From positions 1 to 58,692 of IMG/VR virus record IMGVR_UViG_3300030102_006279: a DNA stretch of 58,692 nucleotides; one strand, written 5' to 3'. This DNA comes from a virus. Taxonomy: Duplodnaviria > Caudoviricetes. A model generated the notes under the pieces. The model made no database searches, was not told the origin of the DNA, and was given only the letters and a program-made list of their open reading frames with translations. Shown here piece by piece: positions 20,342 to 29,383 of the stretch (positions are counted from its first letter, which is position 1; every line of letters begins with the position of its first letter). The position numbers and the translations under genes were made by a program.

Positions 20342-21009
20342 TATCCTGCTCCTTTGACATTTGGTGAAACTGATGGGATTGGCATCCTTGGCACTCCATC
20401 TTCATACTGCCCACGCTTGCGTTGTCCCATTTGTTGCATCGCAAACTGTTGTATCTCTTCATTATACTTTTGTTTGTATAAACTGTACATATCAGCAGGG
20501 CCTTTTAAATAGCTAAAACACTCTGTTAAAACACCATGTAATAACAAACTTTCTTGATTATTAGATAAAAAAGTAGCCGTTGAGCTATTAAAATGTGGTG
20601 GATCAATAATGTAATTAAGCTGAATCGTAAAAGTCGTACTTGGTACAGGGGCAATGACAATAGTGGAGTCATCCCAATTTGCATAATATTTAGGTGTGCC
20701 AGTCGAATCCCCTGGATTAAACTCAGAAATAAAACTAGTATCTCTTTTCTCTAAAAACACACGATTACTACTACTAGTTATTTGCACTGACCTTAAATAA
20801 ATTAAGTCTTCAGGCATACTCACATATCTTTGTGAAGCAACTGTAGTTGATGTTTTGTAAGCTCTTAAATCGTCATACTCAACTTTACCTGCAATATCTA
20901 ACTCAATATTACGAATAAATTGATCAATTAAAGTATCTGACAACACATTAGAGTCTACCTCTGTGTAGTTTCTAACTTGTGTTAAAAAATTTGCATGTGT
21001 AATACTCAT
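20341..21009 (-). CDS. Head-tail adaptor / tail tubular A-like protein
   Basis: 222 aa, GTPKYYA, APVP, LLHGVL pattern of phage adaptors. Confidence 0.6.
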   Translation of the reverse strand: MSITHANFLTQVRNYTEVDSNVLSDTLIDQFIRNIELDIAGKVEYDDLRAYKTSTTVASQRYVSMPEDLIYLRSVQITSSSNRVFLEKRDTSFISEFNPGDSTGTPKYYANWDDSTIVIAPVPSTTFTIQLNYIIDPPHFNSSTATFLSNNQESLLLHGVLTECFSYLKGPADMYSLYKQKYNEEIQQFAMQQMGQRKRGQYEDGVPRMPIPSVSPNVKGAG

Positions 21010-21347
21010 GATATACTCACCGTTACTTCGCCAACTTTCATATTCATTTGACGGCGTTTGTTTTGTTCATCTGCACTATCCGGCACACTTTGCGAGTTTG
21101 TATCAAAACTTACAAAAAGTGCTGGGTCTAAATTAACATCTGTAGGCGAACTTCTTAAAGGTCTAGGATTTCTCAATGCAATACGATCTGATTGATGATG
21201 CTTACGCCTTATCTGTGGATGCTTAGCTTCGTACTCCGACTTATGCACAAATGATCCATTCCACTCTTTGACCATCTCATTATATGGAAACTCCATACCT
21301 GACCTATCAGATATTGCTTTTGCGTATTTACCTTTTGCGTATGCCAT
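21006..21347 (-). CDS. Conserved hypothetical protein
   Basis: AISDRSG..PY..MVKEWNG..EAKHPQ; lies between adaptor genes. Confidence 0.7.
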   Translation of the reverse strand: MAYAKGKYAKAISDRSGMEFPYNEMVKEWNGSFVHKSEYEAKHPQIRRKHHQSDRIALRNPRPLRSSPTDVNLDPALFVSFDTNSQSVPDSADEQNKRRQMNMKVGEVTVSIS

Positions 21348-21349
21348 AA

Positions 21350-22039
21350 TTAATTACCTGAAGGATAAAAACTTTGCGGTGTAATATACACAGAAGTTCT
21401 TTGTCCGTCTTCATCTAAAGCTCTTTTAAGCTCATCTTCATAAATCATTTTATTCTGTTGTGTTAGCTGTGGATTTATCTTCATACTTAAATAGTAAGCT
21501 AAACCAGCCACCATGCAAGGAATAAACCTAAAAGCAACATCTGCCTGATTAGTATAGGCACCTGCATCTTCAATACGCTCCATAAAGTAATATTTAAGAT
21601 GAGTAAATGTACTTGCATCTGGTGTTTGATACAAAGTGATGGTTGGTGTGGTTTGTCGATCCACATAATACTCAGAAGGTTGTCCTTGTGCTCCCTTGTT
21701 GTTTTTAGAAGCATAGTCACTTCTTGATATTTTAGTTAAGGATACATCACTAGTGGTGCTTGTAATTGCACTTGAACTACTAATATACGCCTCTAAAATA
21801 TCACTGGTGTTTGAAGGAGCTGTATAAGTCGCAGTTCCTGCAGTTAAAGCTTGAGTATGTAAAGCAACTTTCCATAAATGCACACCGCGATTGCCCCACT
21901 CAGAAAACAAAATGTTAAGACTACGACGAGCAGACTTAAGGTCACGACCGCTATTAGTTCTAACAGCGCAACGCTCATATGCCTCCTCAATGATGTCATC
22001 GATATCAAGATCAAATGTGGTTGTGCCTGATGTTGCCAT
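21350..22039 (-). CDS. Head-tail adaptor protein (P22 gp4 / tubular A-like)
   Basis: IIEEAYER..SARRSLNILFSEWGNRG; GQPSEYY; GLAYYLS. Confidence 0.65.
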   Translation of the reverse strand: MATSGTTTFDLDIDDIIEEAYERCAVRTNSGRDLKSARRSLNILFSEWGNRGVHLWKVALHTQALTAGTATYTAPSNTSDILEAYISSSSAITSTTSDVSLTKISRSDYASKNNKGAQGQPSEYYVDRQTTPTITLYQTPDASTFTHLKYYFMERIEDAGAYTNQADVAFRFIPCMVAGLAYYLSMKINPQLTQQNKMIYEDELKRALDEDGQRTSVYITPQSFYPSGN

Positions 22040-22047
22040 TTAGCCTC

Positions 22048-22413
22048 CTAAAAATGACCTTTAAATTTTGTACCTCTAATTGCAGCACCCTGTCCTTTAG
22101 TCATAAAACCTCCATTAAATTTTTTTGCTTTCTTTAATTGACCTCTTGTTTTATTTTTGGGTTTTTTTGATGAGCTACCAACAACGACACCCGCACCAGC
22201 AGCAGTACCGATTTTGGTTTTTTCTGAAGTTAATAAATCTTTCATATGTTGCTTAGCTACTTTTCTTTGACCTGCACGCTTAAACTTTTTTGGTATTGGA
22301 GTTGCTTGATCTTTATAAATTAAAAAATCAACTTTTTTTTCAGGATTTGCTTTAGTTGACAATTTTTTTATAAAAATATCATCTAAAGCTTTTATAGCTT
22401 TTAATATTCCCAT
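22048..22413 (-). CDS. Highly basic protein, 121 aa
   Basis: Lys-rich; ends KFNGG..GAAIRGTKFKGHF. Confidence 0.75.
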   Translation of the reverse strand: MGILKAIKALDDIFIKKLSTKANPEKKVDFLIYKDQATPIPKKFKRAGQRKVAKQHMKDLLTSEKTKIGTAAGAGVVVGSSSKKPKNKTRGQLKKAKKFNGGFMTKGQGAAIRGTKFKGHF

Positions 22414-22421
22414 CTAAACTC

Positions 22422-23627
22422 CTATAAAACGCCTTTAAAGTTCATGCCTTTGATTGCAGCACCACCACCGCGTTTTTTGATAACACCTCTACCCATTAAA
22501 ATATCTTTTTTGGTTATTTTACCATCACCAGATAAATCAGGAAAACCGCCATTTTTGGCTTTCATCATACCGCCAGCGCGTCTACCTGTTTTAGAACCCT
22601 TACCAATGATGTCTGCTTGAGATACTTTATCTTCTTTACGCTTTGGTTTTGTGGTTTTTTTCTTTTTATCAAGTAACATTGCACCAAAACCAATAGTTCC
22701 TACTGCAGCAATCTTTTTCTTACTTGATTTACGCTTTTGTATTAACCTTTTTTTTAATTTACTCTCATCAAGCAATTTCATAAACTCTCCTTGTTTTTGA
22801 GGAGTCATTTTAGTTAACTCTGCTACTTCTCTTTTGGTGTAATTTCCAAGATCTTTTGACGCTTTCTTAGAAATTAAATCTAAAGCAAGTTTACCAAATC
22901 TAGCTTTCATAACACCGCCTTTGCGTTTACCTACTAATTTTTTAGCATTTTTAACATCTGTCACCGTCATTTTACCCGCACCAGAATTTCTTTTTTCTTT
23001 AGCTAATTTATAACCCAACACTGAGGCAGCTTCTCTTAAATCTGTCAATGTCACTTTATCTTCACCAGCTTGTTTTTTTGCTCGTGTGTAAACAGCTGTG
23101 CTACCAGCTATATCACCATCTTTAGCTTTCATCATACCACCAGCTTTACGCTGACCAAATCTACCTGAAGCAGGTGTAGGTGCTTTAGCTTTAACTTTTT
23201 TAACAGCAGCTGTAAGACTTGAATCTTTTGTATTTGTAGTATCACGCTTACCTTTAACCATAGTAGCTTTAGATACTTTATCTTCGACTCTACTAGCTGA
23301 TGGACCTTTGCCTTCATGCTTTTTGATGGCTTTATATTTTTTACCTTGATAGGTAAACAATGTGCCAGGGCCTTTTGCAAGAGCAATAGAAAATGCTTTA
23401 CCAAAACCGCTTAATTGTTTTGCTTTACCGGAAAAACCTGCATCACCTTTTTGACCACCAATTCTTGGGTCTATTGTAGTTCTGCCTCTAGAACCACCTA
23501 AGGTTCCAGGTCCTTTTGAACCAGCTTTGCCTGCAAAACCAGCATCACCTTTAGTTCCACCTATACGAGGATCTATTGTTGTCCTTTTAAGTTTACCGCT
23601 ACCTTTATTACTTGGTCCTACTGCCAT
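22422..23627 (-). CDS. Highly basic modular protein, 401 aa
   Basis: TTIDPRIGG.KGDAGF.GKA twice; (K/R)xGGxMKA three times; EF-hand-like PDLSGDGKITKKD; RBS GGAGG. Confidence 0.8.
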   Translation of the reverse strand: MAVGPSNKGSGKLKRTTIDPRIGGTKGDAGFAGKAGSKGPGTLGGSRGRTTIDPRIGGQKGDAGFSGKAKQLSGFGKAFSIALAKGPGTLFTYQGKKYKAIKKHEGKGPSASRVEDKVSKATMVKGKRDTTNTKDSSLTAAVKKVKAKAPTPASGRFGQRKAGGMMKAKDGDIAGSTAVYTRAKKQAGEDKVTLTDLREAASVLGYKLAKEKRNSGAGKMTVTDVKNAKKLVGKRKGGVMKARFGKLALDLISKKASKDLGNYTKREVAELTKMTPQKQGEFMKLLDESKLKKRLIQKRKSSKKKIAAVGTIGFGAMLLDKKKKTTKPKRKEDKVSQADIIGKGSKTGRRAGGMMKAKNGGFPDLSGDGKITKKDILMGRGVIKKRGGGAAIKGMNFKGVL

Positions 23628-23636
23628 GATTGCCTC

Positions 23637-23915
23637 CTAAATATCGATTAATCCACCATAGTATTTTTTATCTATGGTTCTCACATTTGTTGGTTTACCT
23701 CCAACTCCTTGAGCTTTCGCTCTTTTTCTAGTCACAGCAGAGCGAATTTGACTTTTGCTCATGCTTGCAGCTTTTGAAGCTGGAACACATTTTGGATACT
23801 TACGCTTTGAGCCTTTCGCACTTTTACGCCCACACTTTTTGTATCCTCCGCCTTTTTTGGGAGCACCTATGTCTACCCAATTTTCAGAGAACCATTTTTT
23901 AAGACCGCTACTCAT
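23637..23915 (-). CDS. Basic conserved phage protein
   Basis: LKKWFSENWVDI..CGR..YPKCVP. Confidence 0.75.
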   Translation of the reverse strand: MSSGLKKWFSENWVDIGAPKKGGGYKKCGRKSAKGSKRKYPKCVPASKAASMSKSQIRSAVTRKRAKAQGVGGKPTNVRTIDKKYYGGLIDI

Positions 23916-24205
23916 TACATCAAATCTTTGTAATATGCTGCAGCAGAAGGATTTGACATACTTACACCGTCAATATCAGAGTTAATTGCTGAACCTAATG
24001 TATCACCTGACTCAACAAATGTTCCCTCTTTTGCAGGTTTTGGACCTCTAAAATCTTTACGCTTTTTACCGCCTGGACCTTTGACTTTACCCGCACAAAC
24101 TTTACTTGCATACGCATTAGCATAAGCGCTTGGGTACACGTCAAATTTAGCCTTAGCAGCTGCTTTACCTCTTGGGCAAAGCTTTTGTCCTTTTTTCTTA
24201 GCCAT
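23915..24205 (-). CDS. Basic conserved phage protein
   Basis: LCPRGKAAAKAKFDVYPSAYANAYASKVC; RBS AGGAG. Confidence 0.75.
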   Translation of the reverse strand: MAKKKGQKLCPRGKAAAKAKFDVYPSAYANAYASKVCAGKVKGPGGKKRKDFRGPKPAKEGTFVESGDTLGSAINSDIDGVSMSNPSAAAYYKDLM

Positions 24206-24244
24206 AACTTTCTCCTATTTAAAGTCTAGCAGTTTAAGTCTATT

Positions 24245-24406
24245 CTATCTAGACCTAGCTCTTTTTTTGCGTCCAGCACAATGTGCCTTTTCACTAAAAC
24301 CTTTTGGGTTTTTACAATTTACACTTGCCTTTCGTTTCTTAGACCACTTCTTTTTTTGAGGTGGTTTTGAAACTTGCTGTGACATTTGGGATCTTCCTAT
24401 GGGCAT
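24245..24406 (-). CDS. Basic hypothetical protein, 53 aa (not in ORF track)
   Basis: MPIGRSQMSQQVSKPPQKKKWSKKRKASVNCKNPKGFSEKAHCAGRKKRARSR; start overlaps endolysin end. Confidence 0.7.
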   Translation of the reverse strand: MPIGRSQMSQQVSKPPQKKKWSKKRKASVNCKNPKGFSEKAHCAGRKKRARSR

Positions 24407-24858
24407 CTACTGTACCTCACTTTACCGTTTTCATCTTTTTCAGCTAACAAATACTCTCTCCTATTTGTTTCGCCTACATAAGATGCATGAACCCATCCTG
24501 AATTTATTTCATCAGGGTTATGAAATTCAAGAATGACTTGATCGTAATCTAAATTTTCGTCAATAAAGTCAGCTAATTCTTTATTAGAAACACCAGGCAC
24601 TTCAAAATCTGCAGCCTCGCCTTTGCAATGTTGTGACCTTGAAGAAGAACCAATTTTTTGACTTAATTCTGGCGATCTATACCCAGAACTAATGGTTACA
24701 GGTTTTTGAAAATAATCTCGTACAGGCTGTAACACATTGTCACAAAGCTTTTGTAAGTTTTCGATGTGTTCCTTGTCGGGTGTATTATCTATATTACATC
24801 GTTCAGCTGTCTGTGACTTAGTAAGTTCGGCTAGAGTAAAATTATCACTTAATCTCAT
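24397..24858 (-). CDS. Peptidase M15A family Zn peptidoglycan hydrolase (probable endolysin)
   Basis: LSDNFTLAEL, ISSGYRS, SQHCKGEAADF (H..D), WVHAS (His). Confidence 0.9.
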   Translation of the reverse strand: MRLSDNFTLAELTKSQTAERCNIDNTPDKEHIENLQKLCDNVLQPVRDYFQKPVTISSGYRSPELSQKIGSSSRSQHCKGEAADFEVPGVSNKELADFIDENLDYDQVILEFHNPDEINSGWVHASYVGETNRREYLLAEKDENGKVRYSRCP

Positions 24859-24971
24859 AATACTAAAAGTAAAAAAACAAGTGAAATAATAACAAGATCT
24901 CTAATTTTACAACTTTCACAAGTCCAACTATCTTGATATTTTCTCCACAGTTTATCTACAGATTTAAACAT
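24855..24971 (-). CDS. Small membrane protein, 38 aa (not in ORF track)
   Basis: MFKSVDKLWRKYQDSWTCESCKIRDLVIISLVFLLLVL; TGA overlaps the endolysin ATG. Confidence 0.6.
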   Translation of the reverse strand: MFKSVDKLWRKYQDSWTCESCKIRDLVIISLVFLLLVL

Positions 24972-24976
24972 TTTTG

Positions 24977-25300
24977 TTAACATTTCCATCTTCTCCTCGC
25001 TTGGCATATGCGCTTGTTAGGTGTTTTACGACAGTTTACATTGTGCATTTTTGCTTGACCAGCACTTCTTGCACAAAATGATTTTCTTCGTTTTGCCGCT
25101 TTACTACCTTTTTTTACATCACCTGTAACAGCAGTTTTTAATTTACTGCCAGGATTCATACGACGGTACGCTTTGACACCAGCTTGTGTCATTCCGGCAC
25201 CTGATTTAGTAGGTCTGTAGTTTCGTTTATTACGAGCAGGCATGCCCCCTTTTGAGAAGCCTACTAACTCATTTGTATACTGTTCAACACTAATTTCCAT
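24977..25300 (-). CDS. Basic conserved phage protein (DUF6321-like)
   Basis: GAGMTQAGV..NPGSKLK..RRKSFCARS..ARRRWKC. Confidence 0.7.
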   Translation of the reverse strand: MEISVEQYTNELVGFSKGGMPARNKRNYRPTKSGAGMTQAGVKAYRRMNPGSKLKTAVTGDVKKGSKAAKRRKSFCARSAGQAKMHNVNCRKTPNKRICQARRRWKC

Positions 25301-25302
25301 AA

Positions 25303-25725
25303 TTAATCGTAGTTTTTAATAAACTCTGCAATGACTGTGTAAGTATTTCCTGAATCAGCTGCTCCTGGAACCACAAAGTTAACATCGCTCTGATTAGAGT
25401 TAGATGAAGTATTTGCTGGAATACCACCAAACTCTCTAAAGTCCCAATAACCTGAATCTACCAATGTTACGATCGGTATATCACCATCTGAGTCTTCAAA
25501 ATCTAATCTTGCAAATGAGTCGCCACCATCACCATTAGCACATGACCACCATATTCTTTGTGGACTTACTGTTGTGACGGATTGTCCGTTTGAGTTTGCT
25601 GCAAGAGCTGATACATCAGCAAAAACTGTTGTACCGCCTGTGCCATCGGATTCATTTACGATTTTGATCACTACCCTCTTATCATTTTCTTGTAAGATTG
25701 TAGGTCCTGTTACTGTATCTGCCAT
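25303..25725 (-). CDS. Probable virion structural protein
   Basis: SDGTG..DVSAL..WDFREFGG; RBS AGGAG; downstream of capsid genes. Confidence 0.6.
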   Translation of the reverse strand: MADTVTGPTILQENDKRVVIKIVNESDGTGGTTVFADVSALAANSNGQSVTTVSPQRIWWSCANGDGGDSFARLDFEDSDGDIPIVTLVDSGYWDFREFGGIPANTSSNSNQSDVNFVVPGAADSGNTYTVIAEFIKNYD

Positions 25726-25751
25726 AGTTTCCCTCCTTAATTAAGAAACAA

Positions 25752-25767
25752 TGTTCCACGTGGAACA
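25752..25767. promoter_or_regulatory. parS: parS-like ParB-binding palindrome TGTTCCACGTGGAACA
   Basis: Perfect 16-bp intergenic palindrome matching the bacterial chromosomal parS consensus TGTT(T/C)CACGTG(A/G)AACA. Confidence 0.75.
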
Positions 25768-25790
25768 AAAAGTGCCTCCGAAGAGGCACT
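25767..25790 (-). terminator. Intrinsic terminator
   Basis: AGTGCCTC-TTCG-GAGGCACT hairpin (cUUCGg loop) followed by U run. Confidence 0.85.
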
Positions 25791-25797
25791 ATAAATA

Positions 25798-26307
25798 TTA
25801 CTGATCTGCAAAAGCAGGTGCTGTTGTTGATGTAACATTTCCAAAAATTTGGTAATTAGTTGTATCTATACCCATTATGGTAACATCAAAACCAGCAGGG
25901 ACATTCATTTGAATACTGCTATTTGAGTTGCCATCTGAAAATACTGAACTTATTGCATTTCCATCAGTGTCTAAAAATGTTACTCCACCAATGTAAAAGT
26001 TTGTATTACCTGGTGTAACGATTAAAGCATCTGTTGCATCAGCGGCTCCACCAGCGTAAACAAATCTAAACATAGATCCAGCTATTGGTGCAGGTAAAGT
26101 GTATGTATTATCTTGTCCTCCATCAGGTACAAGTAATACTCTACCACTATGGGTTGCATTTGTTAAAGTTACATCTCCATCAGATAAACTAACTGGTGCA
26201 CCACCAAGAGTTGTTACTTCTGTTATAGCTCCAGTTGTTGAGTTTTTACTGATAGTTTTAATTGTGCTTTCAGATCTAATAGGACCTTGAAATGTTGAAT
26301 TTGCCAT
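25798..26307 (-). CDS. Capsid decoration / minor structural protein
   Basis: MANSTFQGPIRS start, HSGR..YTLPA; directly downstream of the major capsid gene. Confidence 0.6.
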   Translation of the reverse strand: MANSTFQGPIRSESTIKTISKNSTTGAITEVTTLGGAPVSLSDGDVTLTNATHSGRVLLVPDGGQDNTYTLPAPIAGSMFRFVYAGGAADATDALIVTPGNTNFYIGGVTFLDTDGNAISSVFSDGNSNSSIQMNVPAGFDVTIMGIDTTNYQIFGNVTSTTAPAFADQ

Positions 26308-26313
26308 AATTAT

Positions 26314-26384
26314 CTCCTAAATAAAAGAATACAGTCTTTAGGTCGTCGACTATAGGCGTCTGTATTCATGTTTTTCTATAGTAA
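26314..26384 (-). ncRNA. Double-pseudoknot structured RNA, probable Mu-gpT-DE motif
   Basis: Three interleaved pairings: ACUAUAG/CUAUAGU, GAAUACAG/CUGUAUUC, CCUAAA/UUUAGG; immediately 3' of a Mu gpT-like capsid gene, the defining context of that motif. Confidence 0.6.
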
Positions 26385-26397
26385 ATTTATTATAACC

Positions 26398-26425
26398 AAA
26401 AAAAAGGGGGCCCGAAAGCCCCCCT
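26398..26425 (-). terminator. Intrinsic terminator after the major capsid gene
   Basis: GGGGGC-TTTCGG-GCCCCC followed by T8. Confidence 0.9.
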
Positions 26426-26446
26426 CTGTTTCCTCCAAAGAACTCC

Positions 26447-27358
26447 TTACGCAGCTCCAGGTGAACCAAATATTCCTCTTGGATCTGAGAATCCAAATGA
26501 ATATCTTTCTCTTGCTTTGAACCTCACATTACCTGTATCGAAGTCACCTTCCATAGCAGTTTTGATTGGTGCTCTAACAAACTGTTTTAGTCCATTAGGT
26601 GCATCAGTCATAATGAAGAAAGCATCTGTGTCAGTTAGATAATGGTTAACTCTATAACCTTGAGGGATCATACCCATAGAAGCCATAGCGTTGATATCAT
26701 TATCTGATGTGCCAACACGCTGTGGTGATTTAAGAATTCTTTCCGCTGTGAACTGAAGTTCTTTAGGAATAATTAACTTAACACCTTGTAAAGAGACTTT
26801 TAAACCTCTTTCATCAACAAATGCAGCAATGTCAATCATTGACTGCTCTAGTGATGTTTCAGACAAATCTGAAGCAGTTGAAAGCTCGTTACGGAAAGTA
26901 CCTCCAACAGTTAGTGGATGGTCTGTAGCACAAAGCTCTTTTCCATCACCACCAGTGAAGCTACTGTTAAAAGCATTGTTTAGAACGTTCGCAGCTTTCA
27001 CTTGTTTTGTGTTAGCCATAGAACGAGCTAATGCTCTTGTGTAACGGCCTGCTAGCCTGTCATATAAATTATCTTCAATTGCTTCTTCTGTAATAGCAAA
27101 AGCCATTGCGATAGTTTCGTGTGTATATCTCGCTGTGTAAGATTCTTGCGCATCGTCGAACTGCACGCCTGCACCTTCACTTTTCACAGGAGCCGATCCG
27201 AAACCGGACAACATCACTTCTTCTTCAAAAGCTCTATCAGAACCTTCCGAAGTAAAAATTTCCGCATGTTCGTTCTCGTAACGGTTGTACTCTAAGCCAA
27301 AGAGAGCGTTAAGACCAGGCTCTAGCTCTTTGACCAATTGTGCTCTTGAAATAGCCAT
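26447..27358 (-). CDS. Major capsid protein (Mu gpT-like, HK97 fold)
   Basis: MAISRAQLVKELEPGLNALFG, ITEEAIEDNLY, GGDGKELCATDHP, DFDTGNVRFKARERYSFG; strong terminator follows. Confidence 0.9.
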   Translation of the reverse strand: MAISRAQLVKELEPGLNALFGLEYNRYENEHAEIFTSEGSDRAFEEEVMLSGFGSAPVKSEGAGVQFDDAQESYTARYTHETIAMAFAITEEAIEDNLYDRLAGRYTRALARSMANTKQVKAANVLNNAFNSSFTGGDGKELCATDHPLTVGGTFRNELSTASDLSETSLEQSMIDIAAFVDERGLKVSLQGVKLIIPKELQFTAERILKSPQRVGTSDNDINAMASMGMIPQGYRVNHYLTDTDAFFIMTDAPNGLKQFVRAPIKTAMEGDFDTGNVRFKARERYSFGFSDPRGIFGSPGAA

Positions 27359-27369
27359 AATTAACCTCC

Positions 27370-27951
27370 TTAAGCTAAGCCGGCCCCTTTTTGACCGAAT
27401 ATGTGATTTTGAATTACTACAAGTACATTTGTAGCGTCTGAACTTACATCATCGTTATTGACATTTTTAGAAATATCAATCGCTTTGAGAGGTAATCCAG
27501 CTGTTGTTGCACCAGTGGTTACATCTAATTCAGCACCAGAAATGCCTGTTGTGGTGCTTCCAGAAGAAGTATACACAATATCAAAGTTACCGAATAAATC
27601 AGCAACTGGGAAAGCAGCATCCGCTTGAATTTCGAATATAGCCATTGGGTCATCAATAACAAAAGCTTCAATATCTGAAGCATTAGTACTTGCAGGATAA
27701 AAATTGGAAAAGGTTTCTTTTCCAGTGGTAGGGTCTGTATAACGACAACCATTAAAAACACCTACTATAGGAACTGTACCGCCATCAGCATGTTGCTCTA
27801 CACCTCCACCTGTGACTTGGGCTACCATGTCACCTTTGAAAATTGCAGTTCCGTAGTTAGCAGCTATTCTATATGTATTTTGCACGTTAGTAGCAGGTCC
27901 GCCTATGCGACCCACTAGACGCATACCAAATGCAGCATCTGTGTTTGCCAT
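27370..27951 (-). CDS. Capsid cement / minor capsid protein
   Basis: MANTDAAFG, IFKGD, GVFNGCRYTDP, VIDDP; directly upstream of MCP. Confidence 0.65.
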   Translation of the reverse strand: MANTDAAFGMRLVGRIGGPATNVQNTYRIAANYGTAIFKGDMVAQVTGGGVEQHADGGTVPIVGVFNGCRYTDPTTGKETFSNFYPASTNASDIEAFVIDDPMAIFEIQADAAFPVADLFGNFDIVYTSSGSTTTGISGAELDVTTGATTAGLPLKAIDISKNVNNDDVSSDATNVLVVIQNHIFGQKGAGLA

Positions 27952-28003
27952 AATAATAACTCCATAAAAATGTTAAACAAATGTGGTTACATAAGCTAAA
28001 AAA

Positions 28004-28480
28004 TTAAGACTTTCTGTTACCACCAAAAGTTACACGAGACTGTCTGTCAACATTGACAGGCATCTCTGGTCGTTGTTCCCTTAGAATATCTTGATCAACG
28101 GCTTTTACTTGGTCAGAAGTAATATTCATAAAATACTTCTTGCGCTGCTCTACAATCTCTTCAGGTATCCTTGCCAACACAAGGCCTCCAACCCCGATTA
28201 ACCCCTGATACTTGCCTTCATGGATTACTGGGTATTCATGGTCACCAATTTCATTCGTAATTTCTTCAGCACGAACAAATTCCCAACCTTCTCTGAGTTT
28301 TTTAGATACGTTACCTGTATCCATAAAACCAGCACTTTCTACCCTAATCCACCTATGACAAAAACCTTGCGGTGCAGGTGGTGCATCCAGACTGGATGGT
28401 GGCGTCCAAGGTTTACTACTACGTAAATCTTTCTTTTCTTGGCTCGCGCGTGAGGTTTTCTTAATAGTACTTTTACTCAT
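28004..28480 (-). CDS. Conserved head-module protein
   Basis: WTPPSSLDAP..HRWIR..REGWEFV..GGLVLARIP. Confidence 0.7.
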   Translation of the reverse strand: MSKSTIKKTSRASQEKKDLRSSKPWTPPSSLDAPPAPQGFCHRWIRVESAGFMDTGNVSKKLREGWEFVRAEEITNEIGDHEYPVIHEGKYQGLIGVGGLVLARIPEEIVEQRKKYFMNITSDQVKAVDQDILREQRPEMPVNVDRQSRVTFGGNRKS

Positions 28481-28483
28481 AAT

Positions 28484-29374
28484 CTACTCCTTCACGAATT
28501 TCGCGTATTCTTCTAGTGGCACCCCTAATTTTTTAGCTATTGCTACTTGTGAACGGGTGAGTTTCACTGTTCTGCGTCCTTGCTGTTTACGCCCCGCCGA
28601 GGCAACAGTTTGTACGGGTTTTTTCTCTTCGACAAATTTCTGAGGAAAATATTCCCTCATAGATCTATCTATTTCATCATAATATTCATCAGAGGTTGGG
28701 TCAACACCCTGTTGAACAAGTTCTTTATGTTTTTCAACAGCAGCACTTGTCATGATTGAATCTGTATTAAACCAAGTATTTTTTTCCATCCACTTTTCTG
28801 CTTTTGGATCTACTTGAGGTGCTTCAGGAGCTGTTTCTTCCGCTTCTGGTGCTTTTGCTGCTTCTTCTCTCTGCGCAAGTCGCACTCTAGCTTTTTCCTT
28901 TTCAACCGCTAACTTAGTAAGTTCATCATTTGCTTCAACAATTTTTTCAACATCACCATCTGCAGTAGCTGATGCAAGCTTAGCTTTTACCTGCTCTCTT
29001 TGAGAGTCAACTCTAGCATCAAACTCTTTTAAATGATTATCTTCTATTGCATTGTATTCTTTCTGAACATTAGAATATTTTTCTTGAAGACCTTTAGCAT
29101 AATCAAGAGCCGCTTTTTCTCTTCTTTCCGCTTCTCTCATCTTTCGTGTTAATTTGTCTATACGCTTTTGTGTCTTTTCAGAAACATCTTGTAGGTTATC
29201 CTGAGTATCCTCTTCAACAACCTTTGCTTCTTCTTTAGAAACTGGTTCGGTATAGCCTAAATCAACTTCGGGAGTCGCAGAAGACTCTTCTGCAACAGGT
29301 TCTTCAACACTAATTGAGCTTTCTTCAACTCCATCTGTATCTAATTCAACATCTTTAACTTGTACTTCTGACAT
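28484..29374 (-). CDS. Capsid scaffolding protein
   Basis: Acidic N-terminus, coiled coil (KRIDKLT..EAER), C-terminal LTRSQVAIAKKLGVPLEEYAK; position between portal and MCP. Confidence 0.7.
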   Translation of the reverse strand: MSEVQVKDVELDTDGVEESSISVEEPVAEESSATPEVDLGYTEPVSKEEAKVVEEDTQDNLQDVSEKTQKRIDKLTRKMREAERREKAALDYAKGLQEKYSNVQKEYNAIEDNHLKEFDARVDSQREQVKAKLASATADGDVEKIVEANDELTKLAVEKEKARVRLAQREEAAKAPEAEETAPEAPQVDPKAEKWMEKNTWFNTDSIMTSAAVEKHKELVQQGVDPTSDEYYDEIDRSMREYFPQKFVEEKKPVQTVASAGRKQQGRRTVKLTRSQVAIAKKLGVPLEEYAKFVKE

Positions 29375-29383
29375 ATTTTACTC

